From assembly GCA_051117555.1 (NCBI GenBank), contig JBNPEG010000071.1, positions 1-35,414 of the forward strand: a stretch of 35,414 bases of DNA. The letters are read 5' to 3'. This DNA is from Elainellaceae cyanobacterium. GTDB taxonomy: Bacteria; Cyanobacteriota; Cyanobacteriia; CAZCXK01. Positions 1-9,747 of the stretch are shown in pieces. The notes under the pieces are model-generated. The model was not told where the DNA came from. It did not search any database and saw nothing but the letters and a program-made list of their open reading frames with translations. Within the stretch, counting starts at the first letter, position 1. The number at the start of each line of letters is the position of its first letter. The position numbers and the translations under genes are program-made.

Positions 1-67
1 AGGTCACATTTGTTCTGCGTCAGCACTGTTAAAGGTCTGGCCGTTATAGATGCTTTTCAAACATCGT

Positions 68-652
68 CTAAGCCCCAAAATAGTCAGGCTCATTTCCGGG
101 TTTCCATTTAATGTTGCAGCCAATGCTCGGTTTTTGCTCTGCACTTACAGGCTGTTCAGCTAACACAGCATCCAAGGCCGCTCTCAAATCACGCCCATCG
201 ACAGGCTTATCGTTTCCCGGACGGCTATCGTCAAGCTGCCCCCGATACGCTAAGCGCCGATTTGAATCAAAGACAAAGAAATCTGGCGTGCAGGCAGCAC
301 GATACGCTTTGGCAACAGATTGAGTCTCGTCATAACAGACAGGAAATGGAAAATTGAACGTTTCTGCCATGTCTTTGAGCTTTTCGGGAGAATCATCCGG
401 GTACTTCTCGACATCATTTGCGCTGATTGCAATGATGCCAACTCCTTTTGCAACATAGTCATGACCGAGCCGCGCTAGTTCACCCTTGACATGCTTCACA
501 AAGGGGCAGTGTTGGCAAATAAACATCAGCAGTAGCGCTTTTTTATCTGCAAAGGTTGAAGGAGAAATCATCTGTCCAGACACAACGTCAGGCAGACTGA
601 AATCAATGACGGGAGTATCGAGTTCCAGCATGGTGGAGGGGGTTCGTGCCAT
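68..652 (-). CDS. Thioredoxin-fold / AhpC-TSA (peroxiredoxin-like) family protein
   Basis: 194 aa; FICQHCPFVKHV CxxC motif, AACTPDFF, YRGQLDDSRPG and PSIGCNIKW motifs typical of this family; AGGAG SD upstream of the ATG. Confidence 0.88.
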   Translation of the reverse strand: MARTPSTMLELDTPVIDFSLPDVVSGQMISPSTFADKKALLLMFICQHCPFVKHVKGELARLGHDYVAKGVGIIAISANDVEKYPDDSPEKLKDMAETFNFPFPVCYDETQSVAKAYRAACTPDFFVFDSNRRLAYRGQLDDSRPGNDKPVDGRDLRAALDAVLAEQPVSAEQKPSIGCNIKWKPGNEPDYFGA

Positions 653-772
653 AGCAATGACTCCTATTGCATTTTGCTTTCATGATGATCAGTGCGTTGA
701 CTTGCGTCTTGCCTCCATGTTGATTAGACAAGAGCAGTCATTCGATGCCTTATTCACTAGCGTACCGCAGCG

Positions 773-1858
773 CTACAGTTTACATTGACCATGATGGCGT
801 AACACATGGTCGCACAACACCAGCGCCACCATCGCTTCCACCATCGGGACTGCGCGAGGCAGCACACACGGGTCATGGCGCCCTTTTGCAGCGAGAATTG
901 TCGCATCACCCTCTGTCGTCACAGTTCGCTGCTCTTTGCGAATAGTCGCAGTGGGCTTAAATGCCGCTCGAATGACGATGTTTTCTCCGTTAGAAATGCC
1001 ACCTTGGACGCCGCCTGAGCGATTCGTTGCAGTGCGAATCTGTCCCATGTCGTCGGTATAAAATTCATCGTTGTGTTCAATACCCGTGAGCAGCGTCCCG
1101 GCAAAGCCAGAACCAATCTCAAATCCTTTACTGGCAGGCAATGACATGACGCCTTTTGCCAGATCAGCTTCCAATTTATCAAATACTGGACTTCCTAATC
1201 CCCTTGGCACATTACGCGCAACACACTCAACTACTCCGCCGATGGAATTTCCATCCCGTCCAATTTGCTCGATGAGTTCGATCATGCGATCCGCACAATC
1301 TGCATCGGGACATCGCACAATAGTTTGTTCAACCTGCTCAGCCGTAACAGTATCAGGGTTGATAATGCCTTCGAGGTCTTTGATGCGCTTCACGTAGCCA
1401 ATGATATCTATATTGGCAACCTGTCTAAGAATTTTTTTGGCGATCGCCCCTGCCGCAACTCGCCCAATCGTTTCCCGCGCTGACGATCGCCCTCCCCCTT
1501 GCCAATTGCGGATGCCATATTTGGCATCATAGGTCGCATCGGCATGGGACGGACGATATTTCTGTGCCATTTCCTCATAATCTTGAGGGCGGGCATCCTT
1601 GTTTCGCACCATAATGGCGATTGAAGTGCCTAGTGTTTTACCCTCAAATACTCCAGATAAAATCTCACAGGTGTCAGATTCTTTACGAGGAGTCGTAATT
1701 TTACTTTGTCCTGGTCGGCGGCGATCGAGATCGAGTTGAATGTCGTGATGAGAAATCTCAATCTTGGGTGGGCATCCATCGATGATCACACCCACTCCGC
1801 CCCCGTGAGATTCTCCAAAGGTAGTAATTCTAAATAAGTGACCGAAGGTATTTCCCAT
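773..1858 (-). CDS. aroC: Chorismate synthase
   Basis: 361 aa; [23 protein letters not shown] and GRHDPCV signature motifs. Confidence 0.98.
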   Translation of the reverse strand: MGNTFGHLFRITTFGESHGGGVGVIIDGCPPKIEISHHDIQLDLDRRRPGQSKITTPRKESDTCEILSGVFEGKTLGTSIAIMVRNKDARPQDYEEMAQKYRPSHADATYDAKYGIRNWQGGGRSSARETIGRVAAGAIAKKILRQVANIDIIGYVKRIKDLEGIINPDTVTAEQVEQTIVRCPDADCADRMIELIEQIGRDGNSIGGVVECVARNVPRGLGSPVFDKLEADLAKGVMSLPASKGFEIGSGFAGTLLTGIEHNDEFYTDDMGQIRTATNRSGGVQGGISNGENIVIRAAFKPTATIRKEQRTVTTEGDATILAAKGRHDPCVLPRAVPMVEAMVALVLCDHVLRHHGQCKL

Positions 1859-1922
1859 GACTTAAAAGAAAACGGCTCAAGAGCGATTATCTCAATAATC
1901 GTGAGTTCTGTGTCGAGCCAAC

Positions 1923-2318
1923 TCAATCATCATCACGCCCCAAGAGTTCGGGATACTGCCCCGATATGGGCAATGCCTTGACATCAGCAGTAGAGATATG
2001 CCCCAGATAAAAGGCTCCTGGCTCAATATCCAAAGAGCTTGCCGTCACGTCCCCCTCTAACCGAGCTGTTCTACTCAGACTCAGTCTTCCTTCCACTAGA
2101 ACTCTTGCTTTAACAACCCCATGCACAATCAAGTTATGCGCTCTCAATTCAGTCCCTTCAACTAAACCCGTCTGGGAAATCTCCATATCCCCAATGACCT
2201 CAACGGTTCCATGAATCACTCCATCAACTCGCAATCCACCCTCAACATGTAACGTGCCTTGAAATTCGCTCGTCGCTCCTAGATACGTCAATGAATTGGG
2301 TCGCTTACGCCTAAACAT
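1923..2318 (-). CDS. Bactofilin (polymer-forming cytoskeletal protein)
   Basis: 131 aa; beta-helix pattern TYLG..SEFQGTL...GGLRVDGVIHG.V...GLVEG...LIVHGVVK...ARLEGDV...LDIEPGAFYLG; short basic/hydrophobic N-terminus MFRRKR; GAGGAG SD upstream. Confidence 0.93.
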   Translation of the reverse strand: MFRRKRPNSLTYLGATSEFQGTLHVEGGLRVDGVIHGTVEVIGDMEISQTGLVEGTELRAHNLIVHGVVKARVLVEGRLSLSRTARLEGDVTASSLDIEPGAFYLGHISTADVKALPISGQYPELLGRDDD

Positions 2319-2366
2319 TAATAGCTCCTCAAGGTGATTTCCAAGAATTTAGCGAAATGCACGAAG

Positions 2367-3227
2367 TTAATCTAAATAGCTTCTCGGATCTACAGTCTTG
2401 TTATTGTGATAGACCGAATAGTGAAGATGAGGACCTGTCGAGCGTCCTGTGTTTCCTAAATAACCAACTATTTGCCCCTTGCTAATCGAATCACCCTGAC
2501 TCGTATTGACCTCAGACATGTGAGCATAGAGAGTGCGGTAGCCGTAACCATGTTCAACGACTACATGATAACCGTATCCTCTAGACCATTCTGCTTTTTG
2601 AACAACACCCGGCGCAGTCGCGTAAATGGGTGTTCCAATTGGACCTGGAAAATCTATTCCATTATGAAATTCATATCCCCGTCCAAAGGGATTCGCTCGT
2701 AGGCCAAACTCTGACGAAATTTGCAGCGATGACTGAACCGGCAACCCTTTAGGACGGGCCGCAATGCGAGCAGCTTCCTCTTCTAATGTTTCGTCGAGTG
2801 CAGGCTTAACCTGCTGATGAAGATGGGACGATAATTTTGGGAGCCTAGCCTTTGCCATCTCAAAGAGCTTTTCAGTTTTAAACTGAACGCTTACGCCCCC
2901 TCTAGAATCTTGAATTCGTTCTTCTGACTGGCGAATAGGCTTTTCAGGCATTCCCGCTCGCTCCTGGAGTGCCTGAATCTGTGAATCTAGAATTTCTAAT
3001 TCATGGATGACTTCGCCAGCCGTTTCGCTTAATTCTTGATTTTCTTGGGTCAACGCATGATTTTTTTGATGGAGTGAATGAATGGTCGAACCAATCCAAA
3101 TAATGGGTGCAGCGAACATACCTGCTAGTACAGCAAAAAATGGCACAGGTCGGATCGCAAATGTAACTGGCGATTGACCTGGCGGAGCAATTAAAACTGT
3201 ACAGTCTTTGGGAATACGGCGACGCAT
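2367..3227 (-). CDS. M23 family metallo-endopeptidase with N-terminal TM helix and coiled coil
   Basis: 286 aa; HNGID (HxxxD) and GPHLHY (HxH) Zn motifs intact, TLYAHM; hydrophobic segment about aa 28-46 followed by a coiled coil. Confidence 0.93.
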   Translation of the reverse strand: MRRRIPKDCTVLIAPPGQSPVTFAIRPVPFFAVLAGMFAAPIIWIGSTIHSLHQKNHALTQENQELSETAGEVIHELEILDSQIQALQERAGMPEKPIRQSEERIQDSRGGVSVQFKTEKLFEMAKARLPKLSSHLHQQVKPALDETLEEEAARIAARPKGLPVQSSLQISSEFGLRANPFGRGYEFHNGIDFPGPIGTPIYATAPGVVQKAEWSRGYGYHVVVEHGYGYRTLYAHMSEVNTSQGDSISKGQIVGYLGNTGRSTGPHLHYSVYHNNKTVDPRSYLD

Positions 3228-3667
3228 TTAACCTTAATTAATCTGCCGTGATGCATCATATCAAATTCAGGGGATCATTGATGCACAAGGACTCTATAGA
3301 ACCAAATTTAAAGAATTCTAGCCAGCTCTCTCATAAATTAAGCACTCAAACTCATCTATGACTATTGAGAAATTAAGCAGCATAGTTGAGTGAATTAATA
3401 TCGACTCATCATTGCACAGAGACAATTTTCCTTGATGAAAAAAGACCGCATTGTGTAGAAAATGTTTCTATAAATGATTGGAATTGCGTCGGTTTTCTGC
3501 CCTTCGATCATGATGATTGTATCTGCATTCAGAAAAAGCCAATAATTTAGGCATGCCGCGCAATGCGACACAAACATACAAAGCCCATAAATTTATGACA
3601 CCTGCATCCGTTCTAACCAGGATAGGATTAAAGGCTTAGTCTTAGAGTTGTGTAGTGCCTAGCTCGT

Positions 3668-4576
3668 ATGTCGCTTATCGTGTGTCATCCCCCGCCACCC
3701 CTTAAACCCGGAGATTTACTGCGAGTCGTTTCGCCTAGTGGAGCGCTGCGAGAATTCGAGACATTTCAGAAAGGAGTCGAAATGTGGCGATCGCACGGAT
3801 ATCACGTTTCGATTTATCCTGGTTACGATTCTCAGTGGGGATACTTAGCAGGTACGGACGAACATCGTCGGTTCCAGCTCAAAGCCGCTCTGCTCGATCC
3901 AGACTGTCGAGGTATTTTGTGTGCTAGAGGTGGATACGGTGGTGCAAGGCTTTTAGAAAACTGGGATTGGACTCCCACAACTCCCAAATGGCTAATTGGC
4001 TTCTCAGACATCACCAGTCTGCTGTGGAGTCTAAGTCTACAGGGCGTCTCAGGTGTTCATGGTCCACTGCTTACAACCCTGGCTGACGAACCGAATTGGT
4101 CAATTCAGCGGCTGTTTGATTGGGTGACGCACCAGCCCCTCCCCTCGTTATACGGAACAGGCTGGGGTAGTGGAATGGCGATCGGTCGTTTGCTGCCTGC
4201 CAATCTTACTGTGGCAACTCATATACTGGGAACGACTCATCAACCGGATCTGAACGGCGTCATTCTGGCGTTTGAAGATGTTTCTGAAGCCCCCTATCGC
4301 ATCGACCGAATGCTGACTCAGTGGAGAATGAGCGGTGCATTGATGAGCGTTGCCGGAATTGCACTCGGTCGCTTTAGCCGATGTAGCCCGCCAGCTAATA
4401 TACCAAGTCTTACTGTAGAAGAAGTATTGCGCGATCGCTTGAGCGGTCTCCAGATTCCGATTGTCTCAGATTTACCCTTTGGTCATGATGGGCCTAATGC
4501 CGCACTGCCCGTCGGAATGCCTGTTCAACTCGATGCTGACTTAGGTTCTCTCGATTTTATAGAGTCTGCTTTATAG
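3668..4576 (+). CDS. S66 family LD-carboxypeptidase (LdcA-like)
   Basis: 302 aa; ARGGYG, GFSDIT (catalytic Ser), LAFEDV (Glu) and PFGH (His) motifs. Confidence 0.92.
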   Translation: MSLIVCHPPPPLKPGDLLRVVSPSGALREFETFQKGVEMWRSHGYHVSIYPGYDSQWGYLAGTDEHRRFQLKAALLDPDCRGILCARGGYGGARLLENWDWTPTTPKWLIGFSDITSLLWSLSLQGVSGVHGPLLTTLADEPNWSIQRLFDWVTHQPLPSLYGTGWGSGMAIGRLLPANLTVATHILGTTHQPDLNGVILAFEDVSEAPYRIDRMLTQWRMSGALMSVAGIALGRFSRCSPPANIPSLTVEEVLRDRLSGLQIPIVSDLPFGHDGPNAALPVGMPVQLDADLGSLDFIESAL

Positions 4577-4684
4577 AGTCTTCGCGTCGCATCACAGGCT
4601 AATCCAATTGGCCATGACGCCACGGCATCATCTCGAAGTGGATAACTGATAACCTCATCTCAGGAATAGTCTCATCTCAAAATA

Positions 4685-4834
4685 CTATTCCATGCTGCGT
4701 TCGAGGTGCTGATGAAGGGTCCACCATGTCCAACCCGTTCCGCCTAACAGTGCGATACATACAATCAGAACGCTAAATTGACAGAGCGTATAGCTTCCGA
4801 GTCCAACCAATGTCCAAATGCCGATGTTTTTCAT
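4685..4834 (-). CDS. Putative 49-aa small membrane protein
   Basis: MKNIGIWTLVGLGSYTLCQFSVLIVCIALLGGTGWTWWTLHQHLERSME; GGAGGT SD 12 nt before ATG 4834 (the ORF track starts further upstream at 4906); strongly hydrophobic. Confidence 0.45.
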   Translation of the reverse strand: MKNIGIWTLVGLGSYTLCQFSVLIVCIALLGGTGWTWWTLHQHLERSME

Positions 4835-4971
4835 GACTACTAACTTACCTCCGATGCCCCATAGTTCTATAGTGATGTATGGCTGACTTTCATCGGATCG
4901 GATCATTGGCGGATCTTAGTATGCGCTTATGCGGAGATTGAGTTCAGCCGATTGGCTGAGACTAACGAGTT

Positions 4972-5652
4972 TCATGCCTCGCTATCCTGCCGAGATACAT
5001 GCTCTAACGACAACCTAGCTGCCATTGCGACATTGGGATGCCCATCTCTTGAGAGATAATTTAGGGCGGCGATGCTTTTGGGTGTTGGCAAGTTCCCTAG
5101 CGCTTCTGCTAATCGTTGACGAATCAGCCAATCATCCGATTGAGCAAATGTCAGCAATTTATCAACAGCATCAACTGCTTTAATCTCGCCTAATGCGGCG
5201 ATCGCGCCCTGCTGAAGCACTACCTCATTGCTATCCAGAGCCTGAACAAGAATGTCGCGAGCACGAATGTCTTTTAAGTTTCCTAACGAAACGGCTGCAC
5301 TGAAGCGAACTAACCAATCTGTATCTTCATAAAACGCCCGGGCAAGTGGCTCAAAGGCACGAGGATCTTCCAGATACCCCAACGCTCCGGCTGCATCTGC
5401 TCGAATGCCATAGTCTGCGTCAGATTCTAGAAGGTCGACCAAGATGGGATAACAATCTTCGGTGGGCTTCACTCCCAGGGCAAATACAGCCATCGAGCGA
5501 ATCTGTAGATTGTCATCGTCGAGAACCTTCTTAATGAGCGGCACTGCATCCTCGGCGGGGATATCCCGCAAATGAGCAAGCGCTAGCATGCGATCGCGCG
5601 AATTCGTGCTTGCTAATTGGGTTTCAATGGTTTGGAGGGGATTCAAGCTCAT
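4972..5652 (-). CDS. nblB: HEAT-repeat / PBS-lyase-like protein, NblB type (phycobilisome degradation)
   Basis: 226 aa; SRDRMLALAHLR..PAEDAVPLIKKVLDD..LQIRSMAVFALG, DYGIRADAAGALGYL and DWLVRFSAAVSLG match the NblB-like family from memory. Confidence 0.8.
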   Translation of the reverse strand: MSLNPLQTIETQLASTNSRDRMLALAHLRDIPAEDAVPLIKKVLDDDNLQIRSMAVFALGVKPTEDCYPILVDLLESDADYGIRADAAGALGYLEDPRAFEPLARAFYEDTDWLVRFSAAVSLGNLKDIRARDILVQALDSNEVVLQQGAIAALGEIKAVDAVDKLLTFAQSDDWLIRQRLAEALGNLPTPKSIAALNYLSRDGHPNVAMAARLSLEHVSRQDSEA

Positions 5653-5659
5653 AATATGA

Positions 5660-5677
5660 TTTACAAAAATTTACATT
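5660..5677 (+). promoter_or_regulatory. HLR1 element (RpaB-binding direct repeat)
   Basis: TTTACAAA-AA-TTTACATT fits the consensus (G/T)TTACA(T/A)(T/A)-N2-(G/T)TTACA(T/A)(T/A); 8-25 nt upstream of the nblB-like start. Confidence 0.7.
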
Positions 5678-5968
5678 CTTTAACTATTATATTTCTCAGC
5701 GCCTCCAGCGTGTATCTAACTATAGGACGTTCTATCGGACGGTCGTTTATCCGCCCAGTGGACAAAATTTTTACTTGATAAAGCCTTATTCGCCTGAATA
5801 CCAGTTTGCTGAGCAAAGTGCGTCATCTCGATCTCAGGTTAATATTAAGTATTCGATCAAGAATCGCTTGAATCCGGAAAGTTTGTACTTAACCTGATGG
5901 ATTAATAGGATGGATCGCTTGCATAATCTCATTATGAGACCTGCGATGCACAGCTCAGGACATAGCGC

Positions 5969-8638
5969 ATGACGAGGGCTGCATTACTCATCGGAGTTAG
6001 CCAGCACGGGCCGGGGTTGAAATCTCTGCCCGCTGCATCGGCTGACGTGAAGGCGATGCAGCGTATCTTGCAAGCTCCAGAATGGGGAGATTTTGAAGTG
6101 GAATATCCGCTTCTTGATCCCGAACCGACGGATATGCAGATTAGTATTGAAAAAGTTTTTTCGCAGCGAGATCACGACGATCTGGCAGTTCTATTTTTTT
6201 CGGGCTATGTCCTGCTCGATTCTCAAGGCCGAATTTACTTTTCAACGCGCTCCACTAATAAAAGTATCTTCCGCGCAACGTCTGTTCCGGCGAGGTTTTT
6301 TCAGGAAGCGATGAATAGCAGTCGTTGTGCTCAGCAGGTTGTGATCCTAGACTGTTGCTTTTGTGACGATACACGCAGGTCATTAACACGGAGCGATCGC
6401 ACGATTGATTTTGAGGGTCAATTAGGGGGAGCGGGACGAATCCTGCTCACCACCTCCACCACAGCACGGTATTCGTCTGAGCAGAAGCAATCCGAAGCCG
6501 ACTTATCCACCTATACGCGTTATTTCGTCGAGGGAATGGAAACTGGCGCAGCATCGCAGTCGGCTGACTCAAATGGGTGGATATCCGTTCAGGAACTGCA
6601 TCATTATGCAACTCGAAAAACTAAAATTGCGGCCCCCAAAGTCGAGCCTCAACTGATTAGGCAGACCGATCACTTAAATCCCCTGTTGGTTCGGGCTCAG
6701 CCTGTCAGTTCATCTCTCAGATATCGTCGTGCCGCAGAGCGTTATGCCTATTTGGGACAATTTTCTCCCGTGGATCGTTCAATTTTAGAAACCTATCGGT
6801 TGCAATTCGGAGTATCGGGATCTGAGGCTGCTCTGATTGAAAACCAAATTCTTCATCCCTATCGAGAGCGGGAACGAGCCATTCAGAAATATCGAGATTT
6901 TATTCCGACTCTTCAAGAAAGGTTTCCGCTCGAACACTTGAGCGATCGCCTAACCGATCTTCAGATATTTTTGGGGTTGGGAGATGAGGATGTTGAAACT
7001 ATCAATCAGGATGTTCTAAAACAAAGTGAAGCTAAGCAGCAGACGCTCAACTCTCAGAAGCGACTGGAGAATCTGCAGCGCTATCGGCGAGCGTTTGAGC
7101 TGATTATTCAAGATCACTATCCCCTTACGCCCGCAGACTATAACAAGCTCCGAGATTTTCAACAAGCGCTCGACTTAAGCGATGACGATGTTGCTCCCAT
7201 TCAAGATGAACTGACATCTCATGTTGAGGCTGAACGCGCTAAACGTGAGCGCACGCTCAAGCAGTATGAGGCTGAGTTTTCTCGCGTCGCTCAGGCAGGA
7301 TTACCGATTGGTGACGCCGCTCGCCAAGAACTCAAGAAATTTCAACACGCTCTCGGGCTATCGGATGAGGACGTTAGATCAATTGAGCAAGAAACTCGCC
7401 AAACTCAGGCGATCGCCACTGATTATCCGGCCAATCTGAGGCGCTATGAGCAAGAATTGCTGCAAGCCGTCATTCGAGAATTTCCCCTCAAGGACGTTAC
7501 CAAATCGCGACTTAAGAAATTTCAACACTCATTAGGACTCGATGATGCGGATGTAGATGCTATTCAGCAGCGAATATTTTCGGAGGCAGAAGCCGAAGTG
7601 GACTCTCATCAAAAAAAAATTGACCTTTATCGAGACCATTACCAAAAGGCTGTTAAGAGGGAATTACCTCTGAGTGAATCAGCCCAAAATCACTTAAACG
7701 ATATTCAGCGATCGCTTGGGTTAGCTGACTCAGACGTGAAACCTGTTCAGCAGGAGGTGATTAATCAAGTAAAAGCTCAAGAAGCCAATTATCAAGATCG
7801 TCTAAACCAGTACGCCGATGAATTCACTCGTACTATCGAGCGTGAATATCCCCTCAGCGAAGCAGCTCAGAGTCGACTGGCTGAGTTTCGCAACTCTTTG
7901 AAGCTTTCCGAGCATGACGTTCAGCCTATTGAGGGGACGGCGATCGCTGCCTTTGAGCGAGGGCGAGAGGCTTCTATCGCCCAGCACCATGATATTTCTG
8001 AATCTTCGACCAATTCTTCAGACTCTGAGGAGCCATCTTCTCCTCACCCTGACGATCTCCAATCATCTCAGCCCACAGAATCTCAATCCTCGACGCCTAC
8101 TCAGTTTGCTGGGATTAGCAGCCCAGCATTTACAACCCTATACTCCGACCTACAGAATCAACTCGAACGAAATCTGTGGCGACAGGCTGACGAAAAGACA
8201 TTTACATTGATGTTGCAAATTGTCGGACGAGGTGAGCAATGGCTGAGCAAAGCAGGGCTAGGAAATTTTCCGTGTGGTGACTTAAGAGAACTGGATCGAT
8301 TATGGGTCGAAAATAGCAAAGGGCGATTTGGATTTAGCGTGCAGCGGAGAATTTTTGAGACCATCCAAGATGATGATACGACTGAATTCGGTAAGCGAGT
8401 CGGATGGTGGCAGCCTGGGCTGGCATTCTTCAAGCCGTATGACTTCCTCAATTTTGGATCCGATGCTCCGGTTGGGCATTTACCTGCAAAATGGTTCTGG
8501 AAAATATCTCCAGACGAATCATGCCAATCCTGGGGACTCGGATCAGGCAGAGGCGGCACTGCCAAGGACACATGGATGCTCAAATTAATGACATTTAAGC
8601 TAGCGGAGTGTGGAATATCCATCCAGGACATGGGCTAA
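5969..8638 (+). CDS. Caspase-like (C14) domain, 6-7 helical repeats and C-terminal GUN4 domain; catalytic His replaced by Tyr
   Basis: 889 aa; ALLIGVS..., FFSGYV (normally FSGHG), VILDCC; ~60-aa repeats ending L.L...DV..I; GUN4 motifs W.QAD.T, FPC.DL..LD.LW...S.GRFGFSVQ and APVGHLP. Confidence 0.88.
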   Translation: MTRAALLIGVSQHGPGLKSLPAASADVKAMQRILQAPEWGDFEVEYPLLDPEPTDMQISIEKVFSQRDHDDLAVLFFSGYVLLDSQGRIYFSTRSTNKSIFRATSVPARFFQEAMNSSRCAQQVVILDCCFCDDTRRSLTRSDRTIDFEGQLGGAGRILLTTSTTARYSSEQKQSEADLSTYTRYFVEGMETGAASQSADSNGWISVQELHHYATRKTKIAAPKVEPQLIRQTDHLNPLLVRAQPVSSSLRYRRAAERYAYLGQFSPVDRSILETYRLQFGVSGSEAALIENQILHPYRERERAIQKYRDFIPTLQERFPLEHLSDRLTDLQIFLGLGDEDVETINQDVLKQSEAKQQTLNSQKRLENLQRYRRAFELIIQDHYPLTPADYNKLRDFQQALDLSDDDVAPIQDELTSHVEAERAKRERTLKQYEAEFSRVAQAGLPIGDAARQELKKFQHALGLSDEDVRSIEQETRQTQAIATDYPANLRRYEQELLQAVIREFPLKDVTKSRLKKFQHSLGLDDADVDAIQQRIFSEAEAEVDSHQKKIDLYRDHYQKAVKRELPLSESAQNHLNDIQRSLGLADSDVKPVQQEVINQVKAQEANYQDRLNQYADEFTRTIEREYPLSEAAQSRLAEFRNSLKLSEHDVQPIEGTAIAAFERGREASIAQHHDISESSTNSSDSEEPSSPHPDDLQSSQPTESQSSTPTQFAGISSPAFTTLYSDLQNQLERNLWRQADEKTFTLMLQIVGRGEQWLSKAGLGNFPCGDLRELDRLWVENSKGRFGFSVQRRIFETIQDDDTTEFGKRVGWWQPGLAFFKPYDFLNFGSDAPVGHLPAKWFWKISPDESCQSWGLGSGRGGTAKDTWMLKLMTFKLAECGISIQDMG

Positions 8639-8727
8639 GGCAGTCTTTGGTGTAGGGGCATTGCCACGAATAAATAGACCAGTCTCCGCTATGCTGGAAC
8701 CAATAGTGATATGTCGGGAGCCGAGTC

Positions 8728-9726
8728 ATGAAAGCGATTCTGATGACTGGCGCTGGAGGTCCAGAAGTTTTACAGCAGACAGAAATTCCAACACCAGAAG
8801 TTCAGCATAGCAGCCAAATTTTGGTGAGGCTACAGGCAGCTGGAGTCAACCCAATCGATACAAAACTCCGTAAGCGCGGCACCTTTTATCCTGACCAAAT
8901 GCCTGCTGTTTTAGGGTGCGATGGCGCTGGGGTGGTTGAGGCAGTTGGCGCGAATGTTCAGAGATTTAATGTGGGAGACCATGTCTATTTTTGTAACGGC
9001 GGCTTGGGCGCAGGTCCGGGAAATTATGCAGAATTTGCGCTGGTTGATGAGCGCTTTGTGGCATCAAAGCCGGAATCATTGAGTTTTGCCGCAGCTGCAG
9101 CGGCGCCTCTCGTCCTAATTACCGCTTGGGAAGCGCTGTACGACCGAGGCCATTTAGAAGCAGGTCGTCAAGTTTTGATTCATGCTGGAGCAGGCGGCGT
9201 TGGACATGTTGCCATCCAACTAGCTAAGTTGTCAGGAGCTCACGTCTACACGACGGTCAGTTCGGTCGATAAAGCTGAATTTGTTCGGCAGTTTGGGGCG
9301 GAGCCCATTTTTTATACCCAAGTTGACGTAGCATCAGATGTGTTGAGTCGAACAAACGGTGAGGGCGTCGATTTGGGATTTGATACGGTTGGTGGTGACG
9401 TATTGTCTCAAACCTTTGCTGCAACGAAAATTTATGGAGATGTGGTAACGCTGCACAACCCTGATCCTAAGACTCACTGGAAAACAGCTCGCAATCGTAA
9501 CTTGCGAATCAGCTACGAGCTCATGCTGACCCCGATGCTGTCGGGGCTTGTTGAGGCTCAAAGCGATCAGGCTAAAATCTTACAGCAATGCGCGCGTCTC
9601 ATCGACCAAGGTGATCTCACTATTGTCCTAAATCAAACATTCCCCCTTGCTGCTGCCGCCGAAGCCCATCGTCGCTTGGAAGAAGGAGCCATGGTAGGGA
9701 AAGTGGCGCTGCTGATTCAGTCTTAA
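8728..9726 (+). CDS. MDR-family NADPH:quinone oxidoreductase-like (Zn-binding ADH family) protein
   Basis: 332 aa; AAGVNPID, VLGCDGAGVV, IHAGAGGVGHVAIQLAK and GKV motifs. Confidence 0.9.
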   Translation: MKAILMTGAGGPEVLQQTEIPTPEVQHSSQILVRLQAAGVNPIDTKLRKRGTFYPDQMPAVLGCDGAGVVEAVGANVQRFNVGDHVYFCNGGLGAGPGNYAEFALVDERFVASKPESLSFAAAAAAPLVLITAWEALYDRGHLEAGRQVLIHAGAGGVGHVAIQLAKLSGAHVYTTVSSVDKAEFVRQFGAEPIFYTQVDVASDVLSRTNGEGVDLGFDTVGGDVLSQTFAATKIYGDVVTLHNPDPKTHWKTARNRNLRISYELMLTPMLSGLVEAQSDQAKILQQCARLIDQGDLTIVLNQTFPLAAAAEAHRRLEEGAMVGKVALLIQS

Positions 9727-9747
9727 TCAGCCAGTTCAAGAACTTGT

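Noticed and set aside
3395..3577. 60-aa ORF in the M23/S66 spacer
   Set aside because: AT-rich divergent promoter region, no SD and no protein-like motif.
4628..4680. Three TCATCTC heptamers between convergent genes
   Set aside because: Irregular spacing, short and low information.
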